Both the position numbers and the translations under genes were made by a program. A DNA stretch of 64,000 bases from Planctomycetaceae bacterium (GTDB taxonomy: Bacteria > Planctomycetota > Planctomycetia > Pirellulales > UBA7805). Shown here one piece after another: positions 9,567 through 18,879 of the stretch (the first letter of the stretch is position 1; every line of letters starts with the position of its first letter). The stretch lies in the NCBI GenBank assembly GCA_902630355.1, contig CACOUL010000010.1, positions 567-64,566 of the forward strand. The letters run 5' to 3'. Under the pieces are notes generated by a model that saw nothing but the letters and a program-made list of their open reading frames with translations, was not told where the DNA came from and did no database searches.

Positions 9567-10514
9567 ATGGCCAAGAGTTTAATCAGTCTGGGAGCGAATC
9601 TCGACCATCGAGAGGCCACGATGGTCGAAGTGGCGGCTCGGCTCCATCGTATTTCTCGTGGCCATCGCGCGGTCTTTAGTCGCGTGTATGAGTCAATTGC
9701 AATCGGCGGTCCATCCGGACAAGGCGGATTTCTTAATGCCGTTGCCTTGATCGACACAGATCAAGATGCCCACGAGATCCTTCATACCTTGAAACAGTGG
9801 GAAATTGATCTCGGGCGTACTCGCAACATCCGCTGGGGCCCGCGCACGATCGATCTTGATCTCCTGCTTTACGGTCAAGTCGTTTGTCACACGTCCGAAT
9901 TAACGCTCCCGCATCCGAGAATGACCTTTCGGCGGTTTGTTTTAGAGCCGTGCTGCGATGTTGCTCCGGAGATGGTGCACCCGATTGCCGGGGTATGTCT
10001 TGAAGATCTACTGAGACAACTCAACGCCGAGTTCAATGAGGTTGCAGTACTCGGGGGGGGTCCGGAAGATCGGGAAACGTTGCTGCAGGGCGTTTGCGAG
10101 CGACTCGTTGCACATGGGATCGAATTGGAAATACTTACGGGCGAGAAACCACCATGTGCAAAAAATTGGACGGAAGCATATGGTGATCACAAGGATTCAA
10201 AAAATCAAAAAGACGATTTATTGAGGTGGCGGATCCACACTGACTGGAAACACTCTGGGCAACTGCTAAATACACCACACAAAATCTCACAACCCCCCAA
10301 ACTTCTGATTGCGCTTATGGAACCATCCCAAATAGAAAGACTCTACTCCGCATCCAGCGATACCTTCGGAGGTCCCCAATTAGTGATCGATAACAGTTCG
10401 TCAAAAGAGGCAGCCGCCGACGATGTGGCCGCCGCTATACTGGCTATCTCACATCTCCCTGTCCCATCAAAACGATCGCTTACAGAGGGAAGCGAAAGGC
10501 AACATAAAGGTTGA
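9567..10514 (+). CDS. folK: 2-amino-4-hydroxy-6-hydroxymethyldihydropteridine pyrophosphokinase (HPPK) with an extra C-terminal domain of about 150 aa
   Basis: HPPK motifs ISLGANL, FLNAVALIDT, WGPRTIDLDLLLYG, LTLPHPRMTFRRFVLEP. Start moved to ATG 9567 (MAKSLISLGANL). Confidence 0.8.
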   Translation: MAKSLISLGANLDHREATMVEVAARLHRISRGHRAVFSRVYESIAIGGPSGQGGFLNAVALIDTDQDAHEILHTLKQWEIDLGRTRNIRWGPRTIDLDLLLYGQVVCHTSELTLPHPRMTFRRFVLEPCCDVAPEMVHPIAGVCLEDLLRQLNAEFNEVAVLGGGPEDRETLLQGVCERLVAHGIELEILTGEKPPCAKNWTEAYGDHKDSKNQKDDLLRWRIHTDWKHSGQLLNTPHKISQPPKLLIALMEPSQIERLYSASSDTFGGPQLVIDNSSSKEAAADDVAAAILAISHLPVPSKRSLTEGSERQHKG

Positions 10515-10518
10515 TTGC

Positions 10519-11376
10519 ATGCCGGAACCCGAGGTGATCACAAACGTTTGTGCAATGCGCGAGGTCGTGCAAGCGAAACGTGCTTTGGGAAAAACCATTG
10601 GTGTTGTGCCTACCATGGGTGCTCTCCACGCGGGCCACCTCAGTCTTGTGGAAAAATCGATTGAAAAGTGCGATGTGACTGTGGTGACGATTTTTGTGAA
10701 CCCGACACAGTTCAATGAAAAAGGCGACTTTGATCGCTATCCTCAGGATTTAAACAAAGATCTCTCGACACTCGCACCCCTTCGAGTCGATTACGTCTTT
10801 GCACCCACCACCGATTCGATCTATCCGCCGGAAGACTGCCTGACGATCGATGTGGGTCGTCTGGGGCGCATTCTTGAAGGTCGCTTCCGCCCCGGACACT
10901 TTGCGGGTGTCGCTACGGTGCTACTCAAACTTTTTCATATTATCCCTGCCGACACTGCCTTTTTTGGCGAAAAAGACTATCAGCAGTTAAAGGTCACGGA
11001 GCGTCTTGTGCGAGATTCCCATCTGCCAATACGCATTGAGGCATGCCCCACAATTCGGGAAGAGGATGGTCTCGCAATGAGTTCCCGCAACCGCTTTCTT
11101 CCTGAAGGCGCTCGAGAAAATGCACAATCAATCTACCTGGGGCTGCAACATGCACAGTGTATGGTTGATAGTGGGGAAACGGAGACAGAAAAGATAATAC
11201 AAAAGCTGCGCCAGCAGATACAAACATCGGGCGGTTCGATCGAGTATGTGGCTATCGTGGACCCGGAAACACTCGAACCGGTGCAAACGATTCGACAGGC
11301 GGTCGTGGCACTGGTCGCAATCAGAATAGACTCCCTTCGATTAATTGATAATTTGTTGCTGCAGCCAAAAATGTAA
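10519..11376 (+). CDS. panC: Pantoate--beta-alanine ligase
   Basis: Motifs VPTMGALHAGHLSL, VVTIFVNPTQF, FGEKDYQQL, MSSRN. Start ATG 10519 lies just after the folK stop at 10514. Confidence 0.9.
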   Translation: MPEPEVITNVCAMREVVQAKRALGKTIGVVPTMGALHAGHLSLVEKSIEKCDVTVVTIFVNPTQFNEKGDFDRYPQDLNKDLSTLAPLRVDYVFAPTTDSIYPPEDCLTIDVGRLGRILEGRFRPGHFAGVATVLLKLFHIIPADTAFFGEKDYQQLKVTERLVRDSHLPIRIEACPTIREEDGLAMSSRNRFLPEGARENAQSIYLGLQHAQCMVDSGETETEKIIQKLRQQIQTSGGSIEYVAIVDPETLEPVQTIRQAVVALVAIRIDSLRLIDNLLLQPKM

Positions 11377-11405
11377 ACTTGCTTTAACATCCGCGTATTT
11401 GTTCC

Positions 11406-12749
11406 ATGCGACCAACCCTTTTCTTTATTCGAGATCATGTGGCGGACATTCCCGTCTTTGGGGTCGGCCTTTTATTTTTTTTGTGGATGCTCGTTGGTGC
11501 CGCAGTTATTTTGTGGTTGGTGCGACGCCAGGGAATAAACTCCGACACCCTTAGTTACTTGCCAGTCTTTTTGATTGTGGCTCTCGCAATTGTGTTTGTG
11601 CTTCCCACGCTGGTGGAAACCGATTCTGGCTTGCCCATACGCAGTTACGGAGTCATGACGATGGTGGCTATTATCAGTGCGGTGCTACTGGCCTCACGAA
11701 GGGCTGCCGCCTGCGGACTGTCAAAAGACACTATCTATGCCTTCGCGTTCTGGTTTTGTGTTGCGGGATTCATCGGTGCCCGCGTGTTTCATGTGATTGA
11801 GTACTGGCGACCCGTTTATCGGAAGGAAGCGGCCGATGGCTCCTTGGCACTCGTTCCCACCCTGCTGGGAATGGCCAACATTCCTCAGGGCGGTCTCGTC
11901 GTTTATGGCTCATTGATTGGCGGGATGGTCGCCTTTGTTTGTTTGGTGCGTCGCTTCAAATTACCCCCTCTGGCATTCGCAGATTTCATTGCCCCAAGCA
12001 TGTTGCTGGGCCTTGCGATAGGGCGGCTGGGCTGCCTGCTTAACGGTTGTTGCTTCGGCGGCTTATGCGAGTTGCCCTGGGCAGTCACCTTTCCACAACA
12101 AAGCCCACCCTATAATCGACAAGTCGAACAAGGGTTGGGCTGGGGCCTGCTGATCGATACCAGCGAACAAACGAAGCAGGCTCCGACTAAAGACCGTCCG
12201 AAATCTACGGGTGCCGCCCCCACGATACTCTGGCGAAACGGCGGGCTCGCACAGCAGGGACTCAAGCCAGGAGAGAAAATTGTCGAGATCAATGGAAACC
12301 GATTCTCTACCGAAGGCGATTCTGCAAGCGTACTCCCACCCGTACCGAGAAACGCTGGCACAGTATCGATCGAAACTGAAGGGGGACGGACGTTTTTGCT
12401 CTCACCACACCCTTTCCCCGAACGGAGCCGTCCCATCCATCCCACGCAACTTTATAGTTCCCTCTCTGCATTTTTGCTCTGCTTTTTCTTAATCGCATAT
12501 TCGCCCTTCCGGCAACGCGACGGAGAAGTATTCGGACTGATGATTACCATCTATCCACTGATTCGAATTCTACTCGAGATTATCCGGACCGATGAAATGG
12601 GGCAGTTCGGTACGGGGTTGAGTATTTCGCAACTTATCAGCATCCTCATGTTTGTTGTCGCGGCAATCTACTGGGTCATCGTGTTTCGTCAGCCCCGCGG
12701 GACCCTCCGCTTTTTTCAGAGTGGTGCCAATGTACCGAATCCCAAGTGA
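11406..12749 (+). CDS. lgt: Prolipoprotein diacylglyceryl transferase with a large periplasmic insertion
   Basis: Lgt motifs YGVMTM, GRLGCLLNGCCFG, PWAVTFP, IHPTQLYSS, IRILLEIIRTDE. At 447 aa it is much longer than the roughly 290 aa typical of Lgt. Confidence 0.85.
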   Translation: MRPTLFFIRDHVADIPVFGVGLLFFLWMLVGAAVILWLVRRQGINSDTLSYLPVFLIVALAIVFVLPTLVETDSGLPIRSYGVMTMVAIISAVLLASRRAAACGLSKDTIYAFAFWFCVAGFIGARVFHVIEYWRPVYRKEAADGSLALVPTLLGMANIPQGGLVVYGSLIGGMVAFVCLVRRFKLPPLAFADFIAPSMLLGLAIGRLGCLLNGCCFGGLCELPWAVTFPQQSPPYNRQVEQGLGWGLLIDTSEQTKQAPTKDRPKSTGAAPTILWRNGGLAQQGLKPGEKIVEINGNRFSTEGDSASVLPPVPRNAGTVSIETEGGRTFLLSPHPFPERSRPIHPTQLYSSLSAFLLCFFLIAYSPFRQRDGEVFGLMITIYPLIRILLEIIRTDEMGQFGTGLSISQLISILMFVVAAIYWVIVFRQPRGTLRFFQSGANVPNPK

Positions 12750-12918
12750 CTTCGGCCATTCATTTTGCGACTTCAGTCGACCCGTGTTTTGAAGCGTTTA
12801 TTCGGGATTGCTGCCAGCAGGTCGATTCTTCAAAACGTGCCCGATTTGACAACCTAAATTTAAAGGGCAATCATGATGGGGGTTAGATCATTTTTACCAT
12901 GATTAACCCATAATTTTG

Positions 12919-12943
12919 GGAACTTATTCCTCACTTCGATGTC
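12919..12943 (+). promoter_or_regulatory. Possible ECF-type autoregulatory promoter (GGAAC-N17-GTC)
   Basis: GGGAAC at 12918..12923 and GTC at 12941..12943, about 20 nt upstream of the GTG start of the ECF sigma gene. Pattern match only. Confidence 0.3.
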
Positions 12944-12961
12944 CAAGAGACAGTTAGCGCC

Positions 12962-13546
12962 GTGAATAAGATCATTTCTCGCGTCTCTGTAGACGACCAG
13001 GAAATTATCGAGGCGACCTTAAACGGTTGCACCGACGCGTTCGGTGAACTCGTCGAAAAATACCAGCAGCGGCTCTACGGTTCGATCGTGTATCTTTTTG
13101 GCGTTCGTGATGCGGAGGATGTGGTCCAAGCAACCTTTCTTAAGGCATTCAAACAACTAGGCAAATTTCGAGGAACGAGCGAATTTTACAGTTGGCTTTA
13201 TCGTATCGGATACAACACGGCCGTAGATCATTACAAATTGAGAGTGCGAACCATCTCCCTAGATGATTTCGAGGAGAACACCGGAACCCACATCCCCAGC
13301 AATAAGCAAGGTCCCGACGAAGCGTTGGAAGAAAAAGATCGATTGCGACAACTTCAAATAGCGCTCGATGCACTCAGCCAGAAACACCGAACGGTTATTG
13401 TTTTACGCGAAATAGAGTTACTTACCTATGAAGAGATCGCCGATTTACTTTCCATCCCCGAAGGAACCATCCGCAGTCGATTGCATCGAGCAAGAGCGCG
13501 TCTACTGGAAGAATTAAAACGGGTGATGCAAAACGACCTGGAGTAA
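12962..13546 (+). CDS. ECF-type RNA polymerase sigma factor
   Basis: Region 2 (FGELVEKYQQRLYG...DVVQATFLKAF...FYSWLYRIGYN) and region 4 (LTYEEIADLLSIPEGTIRSRLHRAR). GTG start. Confidence 0.85.
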   Translation: MNKIISRVSVDDQEIIEATLNGCTDAFGELVEKYQQRLYGSIVYLFGVRDAEDVVQATFLKAFKQLGKFRGTSEFYSWLYRIGYNTAVDHYKLRVRTISLDDFEENTGTHIPSNKQGPDEALEEKDRLRQLQIALDALSQKHRTVIVLREIELLTYEEIADLLSIPEGTIRSRLHRARARLLEELKRVMQNDLE

Positions 13547-13591
13547 TCGGTAATTTACAAACCCCAAAACAACTCAAGATGAAACTAACCG

Positions 13592-14926
13592 ATGGTGGAC
13601 AATAAAATTCAAGACGAAATGATCAGTGCGTATCTCGACGGCGAGCTGACTGCCGGTGAGCGCGCACAAGTTGCACAGTGGATCGAAAACGATCCGCGTG
13701 CGAGAAATGTATATCAAGAACTCCAGCAACTTCGAGAGTCGTTACAGAATCTACCATCCGAAAAATTTGATAAAAATTTAAAGCAAGATATTCTCAGTCA
13801 AATTAAAACGACAGGAAAGGATTCCGAAACGACATCAGGGACACTTGTCGCGGCTGCGATGATGCCCCCACCACCGGAGACGGAGTATGCAGTGGCCGCC
13901 AGCGCCGCGTGTCACATGGACGCCCCCCCAGCCGCGATGTCGTATAAAACAGACAAGACATCGGCCGACGAAAGAGTTTCAGTACGTGGTGACCGCAGGC
14001 GAATTTATCTCTGGCCCGCCGTGGCGGTGGCGGCCGCCATCTTGTTGATGATCTTTTCTTCCCGGCGGGAAACCAAGACAGAGCGCACGGTGGCCCAGAA
14101 CCGTATGGACAGCCTGGAAATGAAGAATATTCAAAGTGAACTTGCTGCCCCCATCGCCATGGAGTCTCGTCCGGCACCGCCAACTGACACAGATGACGCA
14201 GAATTTGAGGCGGCACCACCGGCGACGAGTGAGGCGTTTGATGATTTCACCTCGAAGCCAACGCCGACTGCAGGGAATAGTTTGCCCGAGGAGTCAAGCG
14301 CCGCCTCCCAGCGAGCTCGGGTTATTAGGCCACCAAATCTTTCAGCAAGGAGCAAGCAAGCTGGAGTCTCTTCGGTCTTCAGCAAGACGCAGGATGATGA
14401 TGTTGAACTCGTGAGCAAAGCGGAAAGGGTTTTGTCTTTAGTTGACCAGAACCCGGGAGACCCGATCTCGCCCATTTATTTTGCGTTTGTGATCGACGGA
14501 AAAATGGATCTGCGTCAGCAATTGAGGCAGATCACGCAAGGGGAGGAAACAGAACTTCTTGAATTAGCTGAAATTGAAGAAAGAGAAGATTTAGAACTAG
14601 AAGAACCATCGGATGAAGAAGCGTTAGAATTTTCAGAAGCAGAAGTCGAACAACCATATTCACAAAGACTGACAACACTCCGTGTTTTTGAACTGCGTGG
14701 TCCAGCGGCCATGCATTTTCCGCAGGTGATCGCCAAGCTCAAGGGAATCTCATCCTACGCGGGACCATTAGAGGTTGTCGAGCCGAATGCGGAGGGGGCG
14801 GTCGCGGAATTTGATTTTTCTGATCCGGTACAAAAAAGTGCCGACCCCCAAAGTGCCAAAGCGACCACTCGTCCGGTACGTCTGATCTTTATCGATACAT
14901 CCCGCATCCCTGCCTTTGAAGAATAA
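13592..14926 (+). CDS. Anti-sigma factor (zf-HC2-like N-terminus, single TM, long acidic extracytoplasmic region)
   Basis: ISAYLDGELTAGERAQVAQWIENDPRA motif, TM helix IYLWPAVAVAAAILLMIF, directly downstream of the ECF sigma gene. Confidence 0.7.
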   Translation: MVDNKIQDEMISAYLDGELTAGERAQVAQWIENDPRARNVYQELQQLRESLQNLPSEKFDKNLKQDILSQIKTTGKDSETTSGTLVAAAMMPPPPETEYAVAASAACHMDAPPAAMSYKTDKTSADERVSVRGDRRRIYLWPAVAVAAAILLMIFSSRRETKTERTVAQNRMDSLEMKNIQSELAAPIAMESRPAPPTDTDDAEFEAAPPATSEAFDDFTSKPTPTAGNSLPEESSAASQRARVIRPPNLSARSKQAGVSSVFSKTQDDDVELVSKAERVLSLVDQNPGDPISPIYFAFVIDGKMDLRQQLRQITQGEETELLELAEIEEREDLELEEPSDEEALEFSEAEVEQPYSQRLTTLRVFELRGPAAMHFPQVIAKLKGISSYAGPLEVVEPNAEGAVAEFDFSDPVQKSADPQSAKATTRPVRLIFIDTSRIPAFEE

Positions 14927-15023
14927 CCTTCTTGTCGATCGTGGCTTGGCCTGTCGGTTGAGCGATTGATGGGGTACAGTGTTTGGCACGTAGTTTTTCG
15001 CGAACGAACTCGAGGATTTTCCC

Positions 15024-15236
15024 ATGAGTGCCGTAAATATTCGCTGCCGTGAAAATGGTCCCTTTGTGGTCGAGGGAGAACTGACTCTAACGGATCACGA
15101 AGGAAATCCATTTCCCATCGACAGCACCAAACCGGCCGTGGCCCTTTGCCGTTGCGGTGCCTCGAAAAATAAACCTTTTTGTGATGGCACCCATCGCAAT
15201 ATTGAGTTCAAGGCAGACGATCTCGCAGTGCAATAA
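15024..15236 (+). CDS. CDGSH iron-sulfur domain protein
   Basis: Exact CDGSH signature C-R-C-GAS-KNK-P-F-C-D-G-T-H. GAGGA lies upstream of the ATG. Confidence 0.85.
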   Translation: MSAVNIRCRENGPFVVEGELTLTDHEGNPFPIDSTKPAVALCRCGASKNKPFCDGTHRNIEFKADDLAVQ

Positions 15237-15283
15237 CCCCACACATTGCGGCAGCACGTGGACGCAAAGGCTAATGATCGGGT

Positions 15284-16072
15284 ATGACACAGATCAAATC
15301 CCAACAGGACGACCCACAACAGATAAATGTGCTTTCCGAGCAATATTGCCAGCAATGGGACAAACTGGTAAGCACCACGAATTGGACAAAAGGCAAAATT
15401 ATTTGCCAATGGCGCGAAAGGCTGCAAACTGCCGGTTTCTCCGCCCATCATTATTCTGATGAAGCATGGAGTCGTCGTGTCGGAAATGTGACGCCTCAGC
15501 ACACGGGTCGCCTGCGAAAGGTTTTTGTCCGATTTGGCACTTTGCAGGAGGAATACCCGAAACTGTACTGGAGCCACTTCTTGAGTGCCTTGGACTGGGA
15601 AACACCCGAAATTTGGCTCGAAGGTGCACAGCGAAACCGCTGGTCGGTTTCCGAAATGCGAAATATGCAATCGACCACCATGCGGCAAGTTGAGACGACC
15701 GAGATGCAAGAGGACGATATCTTATTGGCAAATCTTACAGATCATGTTGTGCAACCTATTGCCGGAGCGAATCGCCCAAGTGGCTTGCCTGAGAGTGGAC
15801 CCGCTTCGAGTGCCACGGACGCTTTTAAGGACACAGAGACAGAGAGCGGACTAGAATCACATCCTGCCAACCAAACTGCAGTTTCCCCGCTTGTCGCCGC
15901 AAAAGAAGATTCGATGGCGATCGATGATCTGCCTCGTGATTTTCGCAGAGTTTTCTCTCGCCTGGAAACGATGATCCGTAAGCATCAAGCCTCAGGCTGG
16001 GAGTCGGTGAAACCCAACACACTTCTCTTGCAACTCGAAAAATTAAAGGCGATTATAAACTCACCGGAGTGA
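15284..16072 (+). CDS. Hypothetical protein
   Basis: 262-aa ORF with an ATG start and protein-like composition. No motif recognised. Confidence 0.5.
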   Translation: MTQIKSQQDDPQQINVLSEQYCQQWDKLVSTTNWTKGKIICQWRERLQTAGFSAHHYSDEAWSRRVGNVTPQHTGRLRKVFVRFGTLQEEYPKLYWSHFLSALDWETPEIWLEGAQRNRWSVSEMRNMQSTTMRQVETTEMQEDDILLANLTDHVVQPIAGANRPSGLPESGPASSATDAFKDTETESGLESHPANQTAVSPLVAAKEDSMAIDDLPRDFRRVFSRLETMIRKHQASGWESVKPNTLLLQLEKLKAIINSPE

Positions 16073-16091
16073 TTACCCCGGCGATCCCCCC

Positions 16092-17009
16092 TTATGCTCG
16101 CTCGGCGAAGCGCCGCGCCTGTGCTATCAGGTCAACACCCACCTGTTCTGACCAGTGTGCGATGAGTTGATGAAACAACGGGCCCGGATTTCCCTGGCCG
16201 ATCGCTTGCCCGTTGAGTCGTGTCACCGGAAGAAGTCCAAACGGTGTGCTGCTTAAGAAAACCTCATCAGCCTCTAGTACCTCCTCAACAACGAGTGAGC
16301 GGTGTCGCCAGGGTATTCCAAGTTCTTTGGTGAGTTGTTCAAGATAAAGTAAGCTGATACCCGCAAGTGCGGCGTCTTCGGGAGGCGTGCTGATCCCTCT
16401 CCCTGCTTTATAAATGAGAATATTTGCAGTCGATGTCTCAATCACCTGCCCCGCAGAGTCGAGCAAAAGGGCACGGGCACCCTCTTCGATCTTATGGGCC
16501 GCTTGATCGGCAAGATAGTAATGCATGCGGCTTCGACACTTCAACTCTGCGGGCCAACAACGAGAAGAGACTTGTTCAACATGGGTGACGACCAGAGACT
16601 GACCCGTTTGGTATTTTTCCTTCCATATCCCAAATGGGAGGGGAAACGTATGTAATCCCACGCAGGGTAAGTCACTTGCGGGTTCACCAAAACGTGATAG
16701 TGTCCCGGGGGTGATAAACAGCGAGAGCCCCAAATCGTCCTGAGTATCAAGGAGTCGATAGTTATTTGCTACCAACTCAATCGCAATCTGTTTGATCTCG
16801 TCAGGTGTTTCGCGCGGTTGAATACCGACAATCTGGAGGGATTGCGCGAGCCGCTGCAGGTGCGAATCTATCTCGAAGAGTTTTCCGGAAAAGGTGCGCA
16901 TTTGCTCGGTGACACTTGTTCCGAGCACAAAACCAGCGTCCGTCACCGGCAGCGCCATTTCGGAGATCTGCAGAATCTGGCCGTTGAGATAGGCCTTGGG
17001 TATATCCAT
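16092..17009 (-). CDS. Class IV aminotransferase (branched-chain aminotransferase / aminodeoxychorismate lyase family)
   Basis: Fold-type IV PLP pattern: FEIDSHLQRL, KCRSRMHYYLA (Lys), ETSTANI, GISLLYL, EVFLSST. Confidence 0.8.
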   Translation of the reverse strand: MDIPKAYLNGQILQISEMALPVTDAGFVLGTSVTEQMRTFSGKLFEIDSHLQRLAQSLQIVGIQPRETPDEIKQIAIELVANNYRLLDTQDDLGLSLFITPGTLSRFGEPASDLPCVGLHTFPLPFGIWKEKYQTGQSLVVTHVEQVSSRCWPAELKCRSRMHYYLADQAAHKIEEGARALLLDSAGQVIETSTANILIYKAGRGISTPPEDAALAGISLLYLEQLTKELGIPWRHRSLVVEEVLEADEVFLSSTPFGLLPVTRLNGQAIGQGNPGPLFHQLIAHWSEQVGVDLIAQARRFAERA

Positions 17010-17119
17010 CTACTCATTATGGCCAGTGGCATACTCAGGGAACAACCCACAGACGGTGAGGAGCTTTTTTAATTACCACCTGTTGAAAAAGTCTCTCTGT
17101 GGCTGGTCCGCAGGAGTTA

Positions 17120-18130
17120 TTACTTCGCGAAGGTGCCGCTGCGAATGAGTTCCATGGTTGTCGAAGATTCAACATACGGTCTCCACGCGTGTTGCTTTCC
17201 GATTGAACCGCTCGCATTAAATTGCTCAATGGCGTCTCGTTCGTCGGTGGGCAAATGGCCGTCCGGCAGACCAGTGTAGCCGAGGGCAGAAGGCCCTTGT
17301 CGAGCGCAGTGACAGTAAAGTTTCCCGTAGTGTTTTAGGATACGATCACAATAGTTATTGATCAAAGTAAGATGGTTGACAACTTGCAAGGCCATCCCAA
17401 ACCGGTGATCGGGAAGCAGCCACGTACTATCGAGGGCGGCTGCAAAAAGGGTGACGCGATAACCGTCCGAATCGAAACCGGACGTGAGATCCAAGGAAGT
17501 GCTATTTAACTCGCCCCCTGCCAGAAGTTCCATTGTTGCAGACACGACGCGGGCCCCAAAACTAAACCCGATCAAACTCACTTCGCTCTCTGGCGGGAGA
17601 CTTTGAAGTACGCCTGCTAAACGAAAACCTGCCGACGTCGTTCGAGCGGCTTTAATCCGAGCATCGGGTACCGGTCGTGTGAGAATCTTGGAGGCTGGCC
17701 ACGACCAGATGATAAAGCGAATGGGTGTTTGGATTTCCGAATGATTCACCAGTCGCCGATAGAGTGTCAACCCGTCAGAAAACGCCTCACTGGCCGTCGT
17801 CAGATTTCCGTGAACCCAGACTACGGTTTGAGGCGACGGTGTTGTTTTCAGGAGGGGATCGAGTTCGGCCCGCTCCCACGTTTTGCCGGTCAAATCAAAT
17901 CGCCACGCAGCGAGTCCCTGCGTCAATTGCTCGGCAGTTACCATACCTCCTTGCTCAACACAGTCGAGGCCACGACAACTCAAAAGCCAGACCTCATCTT
18001 CAGTCCGCAGCGCGGCCGGCTGATCGTTAGGACAATCGGGACCCCCTTCCTCAGCGAGGATGATTGAAGAGAGTGCCAAAAAGAAAAAGATCGTCGTGCA
18101 ATACTTCAACTTATGCGTTCCTGCGACCAT
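17120..18130 (-). CDS. Secreted alpha/beta-hydrolase-like protein (GxSxG)
   Basis: Signal peptide MVAGTHKLKYCTTIFFFLALSSIILA, VVWVHGN oxyanion-like strand, nucleophile elbow LIGFSFGARV. Start moved to ATG 18130. Confidence 0.55.
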   Translation of the reverse strand: MVAGTHKLKYCTTIFFFLALSSIILAEEGGPDCPNDQPAALRTEDEVWLLSCRGLDCVEQGGMVTAEQLTQGLAAWRFDLTGKTWERAELDPLLKTTPSPQTVVWVHGNLTTASEAFSDGLTLYRRLVNHSEIQTPIRFIIWSWPASKILTRPVPDARIKAARTTSAGFRLAGVLQSLPPESEVSLIGFSFGARVVSATMELLAGGELNSTSLDLTSGFDSDGYRVTLFAAALDSTWLLPDHRFGMALQVVNHLTLINNYCDRILKHYGKLYCHCARQGPSALGYTGLPDGHLPTDERDAIEQFNASGSIGKQHAWRPYVESSTTMELIRSGTFAK

Positions 18131-18415
18131 CGAAATGCCTTGCGATTGAAAAATCATCGTCACAAATGAGTAGTATTTGACGTGAAAATGGTCACATTTC
18201 ATTTTCCCGTTTCCGGTTACCGATCAATCGATGTGCGAAAGAGAGGAAAGCCGTATCAATTGTTCGGTCATACAAAGCATAGCATCCCTAAAAGAGGTTC
18301 AAATGATGAAAATAAAAACCATCTGTTTCATTTGCACATCATCCGCAGTGAGGTAGAGTTGTGCGTCGAACTGTTTTTGCCGTCTAATGAAACACCGTTT
18401 ACGGAGATATAAGCC

Positions 18416-18736
18416 ATGAAAAGGCTTCTGATTCTTGCAGCCCTAGTGGCTATCTGTGTCGGTTGTAATCGGCACCATTGTCGTAAAATGCATCGTGGCG
18501 CCCCTTGGCGATGTGGCGCACAGACGATGCCCTATTCACCCTGTAATCCTTGTGCCCCCTGTAACCCCTGTGCACCCTGTATGCCTTGCGATCCTTGTGG
18601 AAGCGCTTCGATGGGTGCCGGTTTTTCTGGTTGTTCTACTTGTAGCACACCCGGGTCGTACGAGCAGGGTGTCGTGCTTGGATCAGGCACAAACGTCAAT
18701 CCGCCAACGATGACGCCAGTGGCCCCCGGTTCATAG
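18416..18736 (+). CDS. Small Cys/Pro-rich lipoprotein with a (C-x-P) triad repeat
   Basis: Lipobox LVAICVGCN, then SPCNPCAPCNPCAPCMPCDPCG. Followed by a good intrinsic terminator. Confidence 0.65.
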   Translation: MKRLLILAALVAICVGCNRHHCRKMHRGAPWRCGAQTMPYSPCNPCAPCNPCAPCMPCDPCGSASMGAGFSGCSTCSTPGSYEQGVVLGSGTNVNPPTMTPVAPGS

Positions 18737-18780
18737 TCCGCCTTGCGGGGGTCGCTGAGAAAAGCTCGGAATATTTCATG

Positions 18781-18817
18781 CGCAAAGTGCGCAATCCCGG
18801 GCGCAGTGCGTTTTTTT
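18781..18817 (+). terminator. Intrinsic terminator after the Cys/Pro-rich gene
   Basis: CGCAaagTGCGC-aatcccgg-GCGCAgTGCG composite hairpin followed by a T7 run (18811..18817). Confidence 0.6.
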
Positions 18818-18879
18818 GAGCTAGGTTAACAAGGGATCCCCCGTGGTTCACTCATCCTAGTTTGAGGAAGGACGTCACT

